Assembly (NCBI GenBank): GCA_965223845.1
Contig: CBDCXR010000004.1
Coordinates: 7,360,001 to 7,424,000, forward strand
Origin: Planctomycetota bacterium
GTDB lineage: Bacteria > Planctomycetota > UBA8108 > SXIK01
Length of the DNA: 64,000 bases
Direction: 5' to 3'
The notes under the pieces are model-generated. The model searched no databases. It had not been told where the DNA came from and was given only the letters and a program-made list of their open reading frames with translations. Numbering within the stretch: the first letter of the stretch is position 1; every line of letters starts with the position of its first letter. The translations under genes and the position numbers were made by a program. This document shows, in pieces, positions 28,563-36,617 of the stretch.

Positions 28563-29667
28563 TCATCCTCTTCGAAAAACCAGACGCCGAGGACCCACCG
28601 AACGCCACGATCGCCCGACCATCCCGAAACGGCTCCGCCGCCAAAAACCCGAACGGAAGAACGAGAGTGCCGGAGCGGTCGACATAACCCCAACGCTCCC
28701 CGCGTTGCGCCGCAGCGAGGCCCTCGCTCAGCGCACCGAGCCTGCCCTCGTGTCGACCGAGGACACGCCCATCGGGATCGACGATCTCCCAGACGTCCCG
28801 GCTGCGAACGATCGCGACGCCGTCCGTGAAGTCGAGCACCTCGTCGTGCTTCGCCGGAAGGCGCCAAGCTCCGGCTCGATCGATGTATCCCCACGCGCTT
28901 CCCGCGCGCGCGGCCGCAAGCGCGCCGGCGAAGTCGCGAGCTTCCTCGACGCCGCTCGGCCGGAGCTTCACGTCGCCGAGGCGATCTAGAAACACGACCT
29001 CGCCGTTCTTCTTCGCGCGTGCGAGCCCCCCCGCAAAGGGAGCCGCATGCTCCAGCGTAAGTCCGATGGCGACGCGCCCCTCGCGATCGATGTATCCGTA
29101 GCGTTCGTCCTTCGCGACCGGTGCGAGGCCCTCGTGGAACGGGCCGCCGTCGTCGTAACGCGGGGCGACGACGACGAACCCGCGCCCGTCGATGTACCCA
29201 TGAAGCGTCCCGGCCACGACGCGCGCTCGCCCCTCGGAAAACGGCCCGAGCTCGTAGAATTGCGTCCGAATCTTGAGCTCGCCACGGCGGTCGATGTAGC
29301 CCGAGCCGTCTTCCGTCCACACGGGAGCGAAGCCAGCCGAGAATCGGCGCGCGCGCAGAAACGTCGGCGGGATGACGATCTTCCCCGCGCGATCGCAAAA
29401 GCCGAAGCGCGGCCCGGCGTCGGTGTCGACCTCGATCGCGGCGAGTCCCTCTGCGAACGAATCGAGCGAGCGGATCGCCGGGTCTGAGAAAACGACGCGT
29501 CCCGTTCGATCGATGGCACCAAAGAGCGGCGGAGGCTCGAAGTCGTCGCCCGTTTCGCGCTCAGCCGAGCCGCTCGCGGGTTCCTCGCCGAGACTCAAGA
29601 GGCGCGCGTTCGCAGAGATCGCCAGCATGATCACTGCGCAGAGACGAATGTATCTGGTCGTGCTCAT
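28513..29667 (-). CDS. WG-repeat-containing exported protein
   Basis: Signal peptide and many F.EG.A.V....YGYIDR.G repeats. The C-terminus is read through the inverted-repeat arm. Confidence 0.88.
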   Translation of the reverse strand: MSTTRYIRLCAVIMLAISANARLLSLGEEPASGSAERETGDDFEPPPLFGAIDRTGRVVFSDPAIRSLDSFAEGLAAIEVDTDAGPRFGFCDRAGKIVIPPTFLRARRFSAGFAPVWTEDGSGYIDRRGELKIRTQFYELGPFSEGRARVVAGTLHGYIDGRGFVVVAPRYDDGGPFHEGLAPVAKDERYGYIDREGRVAIGLTLEHAAPFAGGLARAKKNGEVVFLDRLGDVKLRPSGVEEARDFAGALAAARAGSAWGYIDRAGAWRLPAKHDEVLDFTDGVAIVRSRDVWEIVDPDGRVLGRHEGRLGALSEGLAAAQRGERWGYVDRSGTLVLPFGFLAAEPFRDGRAIVAFGGSSASGFSKRMITTKGTKDTKGREEER

Positions 29668-29744
29668 GATCCGAGCGTAACCGGGGGGATTCGTGCGAAT
29701 CCACTCCAGAGGCCCACTCCCGGGGACACGGGAAGCGGCGCGAT

Positions 29745-29924
29745 TCAGCGCGACCCGCTGCCCTCACGCTTGGGCGAGCTCGCCGCGTCGCCGCCGGGCG
29801 ACGCGCTCGTGCTCGACTCGCTCGAGGAGGTCGAACCGGACTCCGACGGCCCCGGACAGCCGACGAGAAAGACGCTCGCCACGAGCGCGGCGAGAACGGA
29901 GAGACGAAATCGATGGAGGGTCAT
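29745..29924 (-). CDS. Small Ser-rich lipoprotein
   Basis: MTLHRFRLSVLAALVASVFLVG-C lipobox, 59 aa. Confidence 0.55.
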   Translation of the reverse strand: MTLHRFRLSVLAALVASVFLVGCPGPSESGSTSSSESSTSASPGGDAASSPKREGSGSR

Positions 29925-30248
29925 GAGAGCTCGAATTCGAATGGCCCGGGTCGGAAGATCGATCTCCGACCGCTGCGAAGTGACCGATCGCCCCCGCGGC
30001 GATCGCATCGTGCGAACGATCGAGCGGACCGCGAGGTTCCCAGAGTCATCGAGTGCGTTGTCCCGGGCTCGATCGGGTCGATTTCACCGCCGCGCGTGCT
30101 TTCTATCGGTCTGGGGACAGAGTACGGTGAACGGACGAGGAATCGAGGGCGCGGAGCCGAGAATTGCCGGGCGTTCAGGACGCCCGGACAGGTTTCGTCG
30201 CCGCTTCCACGGAAGCGCAGCGGGGCACGGAGAGATCACGGAGGATCG

Positions 30249-33176
30249 ATGACGAGGGTACTTCGATTGAGGGCTTGTGGCGCGATCTTCGTGGCGTTGG
30301 TATTGAGCGCGTCAACCGCGCGTGGAGCCGAAGCCGACCCCGAGTGCCTGGAAGAGTGCGAGCGGGCCGCCAACGCCTCGTTCGAGGAGTGCCTCGAATC
30401 GGACGAAGCCGGTGAAGAAGAGTGCCGTGCGCGTCGCCGGCGGAAGCTCGAGGGGTGCATCGCAGAGCACTGCGAGCCCGATCCACCGCCTCCGCCGCCG
30501 ACGTGTGAGGATCTGTGCGAGAACCACGCCCGCGGAGTGTTCGCGGAGTGCAGGGAAGCAGGTGGTGGTGAGGAAGAGTGCGCTCGCCGCAGCGAGAACG
30601 CGTTTCTCGAGTGCGTGGAGCGCGAGTGCGAGGAACCACCTGAGCCGACGTGCGAGGATCTGTGCGCGAACCACGCCCGCGGAGTGTTCGCGGAGTGCTT
30701 AGAAGCGGGCGGCGGCGAGGAGGAATGTGCTCGCCGCAGTGAGAACGCATTTCTCGAGTGCGTGGAGCGCGAGTGCGAGGAACCACCTGAGCCGACGTGC
30801 GAGGATCTGTGCGAGAACCGCGCCCGCGGAGTGTTCGCGGAGTGCAGGGAAGCAGGTGGCGGCGAGGAAGAATGTGCTCGCCGCAGCGAGAACGCGTTTC
30901 TCGAGTGCGTGGAGCGCGAGTGCGAGGAACCACCTGAGCCGACGTGCGAGGATCTGTGTGCGAACCACGCCCGTCGCGTGTTCGTCGAGTGCAGGGAAGC
31001 AGGTGGCGGCGAGGAAGAATGTGCTCGCCGCAGCGAGAACGCGTTTCTCGAGTGCGTGAAGCGCGAGTGCGAGGAGCCACCTCCCCCGAGCTGTGAGCAC
31101 GCGTGCGAAATCCTCGCGAACGAAAAGTTCGAAGCGTGCCGCGAGGACGGCGGGGGCGAAGAGGAATGTCACCGCGTTCGCCGAACGAGCTTCGCGGCTT
31201 GCGTCGAACGCGAATGCGAGCCGCAGCCCGACTGCGAATCGCGCTGCCGAGCACGGGCGGAAGAGATCTTCGAGGCCTGCCGCGCCGATGGTGGCGGTGA
31301 GGACGCCTGCTGGGAAAACGCCCGTCGCTTCTTCGAAGAGTGCGTCGGCTCCGAGTGCGAAATGGAGCCTCCGCCGCCGCCTACGTGCGAAGACAAGTGC
31401 GAGCGAATCGCGGACGAGCGGTTCGAGGAATGCGTCGCCGCCGGCAACGGCGAGGAGGAGTGCGGCTCCAGGCGACGCGAATGGATTCGTGACTGCATCG
31501 CCGGCGAGTGTGAGCGGCCGGATCCGACCTGCGAGGAAGAATGCCGGCGCCATGCGCGTGAGGTGTTCGGGGCATGTATCGAAGACGGTGGGGAAGAGGA
31601 AGACTGTGCACGACGCGCAGCGAGCGCGCTCGAAGAGTGCGTCGGCGAGTGTCCGAGCGATCCGCCCGACGAGCCGAACTGCGAGGACCGCTGTCGGCGC
31701 GTCGCGGAGGAGGCGTTCGAGATGTGCGTCGCTCACGACGAGGATCCCGAAGAGTGCGAAGCCCGCGCGGGCCGGATCTTCCGCGAGTGCGCGGGACTTT
31801 GCCACGAACCGCCACCCGACGAACCTACGTGCGAGGATCGCTGCCGGCGACGGGCGCGCGCCGCGGTCGAGGAATGCCGTGAAGAGCACCGCGACGACGA
31901 TCCCGAGCGGAAGCACGACGATGATGACGAGCACGAGGGAGACGAGTGCGAAGCGCGCGGGGAGCGCGTCCTCATCGCGTGTCTCCGCGAGGAATGCCGC
32001 CCGCCCGACGAACCGAGCTGCGAAGATCGGTGCCGCCGCCACGCTGCGGAGGTCTTCGAGCTCTGCCGCGCGGAAGGGATGCCGGAGGACGTCTGCGTCG
32101 AGAAGGCGGAGAACGCGTTTCGCGACTGCGCCGAGCGCTGCGAGGGAGAGCCGCCGGAGCCGACGTGCGAAGAGCGCTGCGAGGAGCGCGCCGGCGGGGC
32201 GTTCCGTCGCTGTATCGAAGACGGCGGTGACGAGGAAGAGTGCCGCCGTCGATCGCGCGAGCAGTTCGAGGAGTGCCGCGAGAACTGCGACGATCGACCC
32301 CCGCCGCCGACTTGCGATGACGACTGCCTCGAACGCGGTGAGGCGATCTTCCGCGCCTGTCTCGACGCGGGCGGAGGAGAGGAGGACTGCCGGGCCCGCG
32401 CCGGAGTGTTCACGAAGCTCTGTCTCGCCCGTTGTTCCGGTGGCCCGCCGTGCGAGGACCGCTGCGCGCTCGCCGCGGAGATCGTGCTCGCCGGCTGCGC
32501 CTTCGGCGGACTCCCCGGCGACGCGTGCAAGGAAATCGCGAGCCGCGTGCTCGCGGGCTGCGTGGACGCGTGCGACGTCGAGCCGGAGTCGTGCGAGGAC
32601 CGCTGCGCCGTTCGCGTCGAGCGCGCGATCGCGGACTGCGTCGCTCGCGGCGGCGACGGCGAAGCCTGCGCGGCCGAAGGGGAAGAGCTGAAGCGCGAGT
32701 GCCTCGCTCGCTGCGATGGCGGCGAGCCGCCGCCGCCGTGCGAAGGTGAGTGCGAGGACAAGGTCGCCGACATTGTCGCGGAGTGCATCGCCCGCGGAAA
32801 CTCCGACGAGCGCTGCGCGGCGCTCGGGGAGCGTTTCCTCGAAGAATGCCGCGAGGAGATGGGAGACATCTGTGCCCGCGAGGCGCTCATCGCCGCGGCT
32901 TCGTTTCAGCCGTTTGTCCGAGGAGACGCGAACGAAGACTTCGATGTCGATATCTCCGACGCGCTCATGATCCTCGGTCGGCTGTTCCTCGATACTCCAC
33001 CCGGAGCGTGCGACGATGCGTCGGATGCGAATGACGACGGATCGATCAACATCGCCGACGCGATTATGGTGCTCGAGTACCTGTTCTCGGACGTCGTGAC
33101 GGCGCTTCCGGTTCCGCACGGAGCCCGAGGTCAGGATCCGACGGCCGACAGCCTGCTCTGCGCACCCGCGATCTGA
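30249..33176 (+). CDS. Secreted Cys-rich repeat protein (17 six-Cys repeats) with a C-terminal dockerin-like EF-hand domain
   Basis: Signal peptide after RBS GGAGG. Repeats C-x3-C-x10-C-x9-C-x10-C-x3/4-C with Pro linkers. C-terminal FVRGDANEDFDVDISDA...DANDDGSINIAD. Confidence 0.88.
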   Translation: MTRVLRLRACGAIFVALVLSASTARGAEADPECLEECERAANASFEECLESDEAGEEECRARRRRKLEGCIAEHCEPDPPPPPPTCEDLCENHARGVFAECREAGGGEEECARRSENAFLECVERECEEPPEPTCEDLCANHARGVFAECLEAGGGEEECARRSENAFLECVERECEEPPEPTCEDLCENRARGVFAECREAGGGEEECARRSENAFLECVERECEEPPEPTCEDLCANHARRVFVECREAGGGEEECARRSENAFLECVKRECEEPPPPSCEHACEILANEKFEACREDGGGEEECHRVRRTSFAACVERECEPQPDCESRCRARAEEIFEACRADGGGEDACWENARRFFEECVGSECEMEPPPPPTCEDKCERIADERFEECVAAGNGEEECGSRRREWIRDCIAGECERPDPTCEEECRRHAREVFGACIEDGGEEEDCARRAASALEECVGECPSDPPDEPNCEDRCRRVAEEAFEMCVAHDEDPEECEARAGRIFRECAGLCHEPPPDEPTCEDRCRRRARAAVEECREEHRDDDPERKHDDDDEHEGDECEARGERVLIACLREECRPPDEPSCEDRCRRHAAEVFELCRAEGMPEDVCVEKAENAFRDCAERCEGEPPEPTCEERCEERAGGAFRRCIEDGGDEEECRRRSREQFEECRENCDDRPPPPTCDDDCLERGEAIFRACLDAGGGEEDCRARAGVFTKLCLARCSGGPPCEDRCALAAEIVLAGCAFGGLPGDACKEIASRVLAGCVDACDVEPESCEDRCAVRVERAIADCVARGGDGEACAAEGEELKRECLARCDGGEPPPPCEGECEDKVADIVAECIARGNSDERCAALGERFLEECREEMGDICAREALIAAASFQPFVRGDANEDFDVDISDALMILGRLFLDTPPGACDDASDANDDGSINIADAIMVLEYLFSDVVTALPVPHGARGQDPTADSLLCAPAI
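30498..31085 (+). repeat. Four near-identical 147-bp coding tandem repeats
   Basis: Unit CCGACGTG(T/C)GAGGATCTGTG... recurs at 30498, 30645, 30792 and 30939. Confidence 0.92.
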
Positions 33177-33317
33177 CGACACCCGACGCGCCGCGGTTCC
33201 GCGTGGTCGGAGTCGCGGCGCGTCGGCAAGCGCCGAGAATCCCATGACTTCCCTCGACGTCTCAAAGAGACCGCGGGGCGACTCTCCCGCTTCCGTTCCA
33301 CCCGGACGACGTCCATC

Positions 33318-34568
33318 ATGAATCGCGATTGCGTGAGCTCGGCTTGTCGCTTCGGCGGAGTACTCGTTCTCGTCGTCGTCGGCGGCGTGGCCGCGGGTCA
33401 AGAGGAGAAGACTCTCGAGTCGGCGAAGGGACGATTCGACGCGCTCCGACGAGAGTACAACGTCGCGAGCGGCTCAATTCGGAAGGCCGAAACGGACGAG
33501 AAGCGCAGCGAGGCCGCCGAGGGACTCCAACCGTTCGCGCTTCGGTTCCTCGAGCTGGCGGAGAGGCATCCCGCGGACCCCGACGTCTTCAAGATCCTTC
33601 GCAGTGCGATTCAGGCCTCGGTATCGGCGGACTCGCTCTCACTAACCGCGTGCGAGCTGAACCGGACCTCCCGACCGTCGGCGAGCCGCGATGAGGCCGC
33701 GCGCAAGATCGCAGCGTTCCTACGCCGCAACCATCTCCGAAGCGACAAGATCGTGCCCCTGTGCGAACGGATGCGTTACAGCGTCCGGTGGGAGTTCGCC
33801 GAGTTTCTCGAAACGGTCGTGGCGGAGAGCCCTCACGACGAAGTGCGCGCGGTCGCGACTCTCGCGCTCGCGCAGTTCCTCCGTGCGCGTCTCCACACGC
33901 GCGATCTCGTGGACGATCGACCGGAGTTGATCGAACGCTACGAATCACTGTTCGGCCGCGGGTACGTCCGAACGCTGCGAAAATCGTCCCGCCCGCAACT
34001 GGCCGCGCGGGTCGAAGCGCTGTTTGACAAGGCGGCGGCGTTCGGCGACGTCGAGCTTCCTCACGGTGGGACGGTCGGCGAGCAGGCGAAGGCGGCGCTC
34101 TACGTCCTTCGCCATCTTTCGATCGGTCGGGCGGCGCCGGAGATCGAAGGGGACGACCAAAACGGGAAGAAGTTTCGTCTGAGCGACTACCGGGGCAAGG
34201 TGGTGCTCCTCTATTTTTGGTCCGAGTTCTGACTCATGTGACGGGCCCAATGGCCCCACGAGCGGTCGCTCGTGAAACGACTTCGAGGGAAACCGTTCGC
34301 CTTGGTAGGCGTCAGCGTCGATCCGCCGGGGCGCGAGCCGGAACGACTGAGAGAGTTCATGGCGAAAGAGGACCTCAACTGGCGTACCTTCGTCGACGGC
34401 CGCGTGATCGCGCGGCAATGGAACTCTCCGGCGACGCCGACGTTTTACGTTCTCGATCCCGCGGGTACGATTCGACACAAGTGGGTGGGGAGCCCCGGCG
34501 AGAAGGCCATCGACGCTGCGCTCGAAAAACTGATCCGCGCGACGGAGGACGTCGAAGCCGGACGATGA
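33318..34568 (+). CDS. Exported TlpA/peroxiredoxin-like thioredoxin-fold selenoprotein with a UxxU motif (two in-frame UGA)
   Basis: ORFs 33318..34232 and 34272..34568 share a frame. The junction reads LSDYRGKVVLLYFWSEF-TGA-L-M-TGA-RAQWPHERSLVKR at the CxxC position. SECIS-like hairpin downstream. Confidence 0.8.
34257..34274 (+). promoter_or_regulatory. Putative bacterial SECIS apical hairpin
   Basis: CACGAGC-GGTC-GCTCGTG: 7-bp stem with a GGUC loop, 31 and 22 nt after the two UGAs. Confidence 0.7.
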
Positions 34569-34636
34569 GCTCCGCCGGATGGTTCGTCGCCGATCGGCTG
34601 ACGCCGCGTCCACTCTTCGTCGTCGAGGTGCACCTC

Positions 34637-36319
34637 ATGTCTCGATCCTTCTTTCTGCTGTCCGCCGTCGTTCTCGCCATGCTCGGCCTTCCCGCTTCCG
34701 AACCGTTCGCCCAGGGCTTCGACCGCCCCGTCGACACGCGCTCGACTCGGTCGATGGTCCTCGGCCGACGCGGAATGGTGGCGACGAGTCAGCCCCTCGC
34801 CGCCGAAGCGGGTATCGCAATTCTCCGGCGCGGCGGGAATGCGTTCGATGCCGCGATCGCTACGGCCGCGGTCCTGAACGTCGTCGAGCCGATGTCGACC
34901 GGAATCGGGGGCGACGCCTTCGTCCTCGCCTGGCCGGCGAAGGAGAAGAAGCTCGTCGGCTTGAACGGGAGCGGGAGATCGTCGACGAAGGCGACGGTGG
35001 AGCACTTTCGCGCGCTTGGATTCGATCGCGTGCCGACCTTCGGGCCGCACTCCGTCACGGTTCCCGGCGCGTTTCACGCCTGGGTGACGCTCCACTCCCG
35101 CTACGGGAAGCTGCCGCTCGCGGACGTGCTCGCCGATGCGGTCCACTACGCCGAGCACGGGTTTCCGGTGAGCGAGATCATCGCCGCGAGCTGGGAAAGT
35201 GGACTGCGACACGCTAGCCGGCCTGAATTTGCACGTACGTACCTCGTCCGCGAGGGCGACGGATATCGCGCGCCGCGAACGGGCGAAGTGTTTCGGCAGC
35301 CGGATTTCGCGCGCACGCTCAAGCAGCTCGGTGAGAAAGGGATCGCCGGCTTCTACGAGGGAGAGCTCGCCGACCGCATCGCGTCGTACCTCAAAACCGA
35401 GGGGAGCCTCATCGCAAAAGAAGATCTCGAACGCCACTCGTCGACCTGGGTCGATCCGGTGAGTACCAGCTACAAGGGATTCGAGCTCGCCGAGCTGCCG
35501 CCGAACGGTCAAGGCATCGTCGCGCTCGAGATTCTCAACATCCTCGAGGGATTCGACGTCGCATCGCTCGGGCACAATTCGGCGGAGTACATCCATCTCT
35601 TCGCGGAGGCGAAGAAGCTCGCCTTTGCCGATCGGGACACCTACGTCACCGATCTCGACGTCCGGAAGCTTCCCGTCGAGACGCTGATCTCGAAGGAATA
35701 CGCCGCGAAGATGCGCGCGCGAATCGATCGCGCGAAAGCCGGCGTGTTCGCGAAGTCGACGCTCGAGGTCGGACCGGACACCGTCTACCTGTGCACCGCG
35801 GATTCCGAGGGCAACCTCGTCAGCTTCATCAACAGCATCTACTACGGCTTCGGGAGCGGACTCGTCGTCCCCGGCACCGGAATCTGCCTCCAGAATCGCG
35901 GCGCACTCTTCTCGCTCGAGCCGGAACACCTCAACCGCGTCGAGCCGTCGAAGCGTCCGCTCCACACGATCATTCCCGCGATGATCATGAAGGACGGTCG
36001 CCCGTGGTTTTGCTTCGGAGTCATGGGGGGCGACATGCAGCCTCAGGGGCACGTACAGGTCTTCCTCAATCTAGTCGAGTTCGGCATGAACCCGCAGGAA
36101 GCCGGAGAAGCGGCGCGCGTGCGGGAAGTCGACGGCGTCGTCGCGGTCGAGAGCGGGATCCCCGAGTCCGTGCGGGAGGCGCTCCGGCGAAAAGGACACC
36201 GCGTCGAGTCGCGTCCCGGAAGCTTCGGGGGGTATCAGGGGATCTTGGTCGATTGGGAGAGGCGGGTTTACTACGGGGCATCGGACAATCGGAAGGACGG
36301 GTGTGCTCTGGGGTACTGA
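34637..36319 (+). CDS. ggt: Gamma-glutamyltransferase
   Basis: GMVATSQPLA, GGNAFDAA, EPMSTGIGGD, autocleavage DTVYL, PLHTIIP, GVMGGDMQPQG. Signal peptide present. Confidence 0.93.
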   Translation: MSRSFFLLSAVVLAMLGLPASEPFAQGFDRPVDTRSTRSMVLGRRGMVATSQPLAAEAGIAILRRGGNAFDAAIATAAVLNVVEPMSTGIGGDAFVLAWPAKEKKLVGLNGSGRSSTKATVEHFRALGFDRVPTFGPHSVTVPGAFHAWVTLHSRYGKLPLADVLADAVHYAEHGFPVSEIIAASWESGLRHASRPEFARTYLVREGDGYRAPRTGEVFRQPDFARTLKQLGEKGIAGFYEGELADRIASYLKTEGSLIAKEDLERHSSTWVDPVSTSYKGFELAELPPNGQGIVALEILNILEGFDVASLGHNSAEYIHLFAEAKKLAFADRDTYVTDLDVRKLPVETLISKEYAAKMRARIDRAKAGVFAKSTLEVGPDTVYLCTADSEGNLVSFINSIYYGFGSGLVVPGTGICLQNRGALFSLEPEHLNRVEPSKRPLHTIIPAMIMKDGRPWFCFGVMGGDMQPQGHVQVFLNLVEFGMNPQEAGEAARVREVDGVVAVESGIPESVREALRRKGHRVESRPGSFGGYQGILVDWERRVYYGASDNRKDGCALGY

Positions 36320-36377
36320 GGCCTTTCGGTCGCGGCAGGTGGCGGCGGGGCCTACGGCCCGCTCGATGGACGGTGGG

Positions 36378-36617
36378 GAGATCGCACACGAAGAGCGCGA
36401 AGAACCGCGAAGGAAGAGGAAGTAGAAAGTCATTGAGTGGGGCTGCAGGTTGTTTCATGCCGACGTTTGTGGGAGGTTTCGATGTCTCTGTCCTCGAGGT
36501 AGATCGAAGTTTCGAACGGAACATGATCGTCGAGACTCTGCTCCGCGCGCTCCGCGCTCCCGTCCAAATTCTCTTCGTCTTTCTTCGCGGTTCTTCGCGT
36601 TCTTCGTGTGCAATCTC
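36378..36617. repeat. Miniature element with a 40-bp imperfect inverted repeat (CGCGAAGA units)
   Basis: 36378-36417 matches the reverse complement of 36578-36617 at 37/40 positions. Confidence 0.8.

Noticed and set aside
29745-29747. TGA of the small lipoprotein as selenocysteine
   Set aside because: No redox motif context, and the downstream frame shows no recognisable domain.
30498-31085. Regular repeats as a CRISPR array
   Set aside because: The units are 147-bp in-frame coding repeats with no unique spacers, and there are no cas genes.
30699-33401. 900-aa minus-strand ORF and other long antisense ORFs (e.g. 34445..36052, 43716..45611, 53996..55525, 56534..58012)
   Set aside because: These are shadow ORFs of well-supported plus-strand genes in high-GC DNA, with no motifs.
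34230-34241. Pseudogene with two nonsense mutations
   Set aside because: Both stops are TGA, fall exactly on the CxxC positions and are followed by a SECIS-like hairpin, so recoding is more parsimonious.
35791-36522. N-terminal extension of the 1653-aa ORF
   Set aside because: It overlaps ggt in another frame and crosses the repeat element; the real protein starts later.
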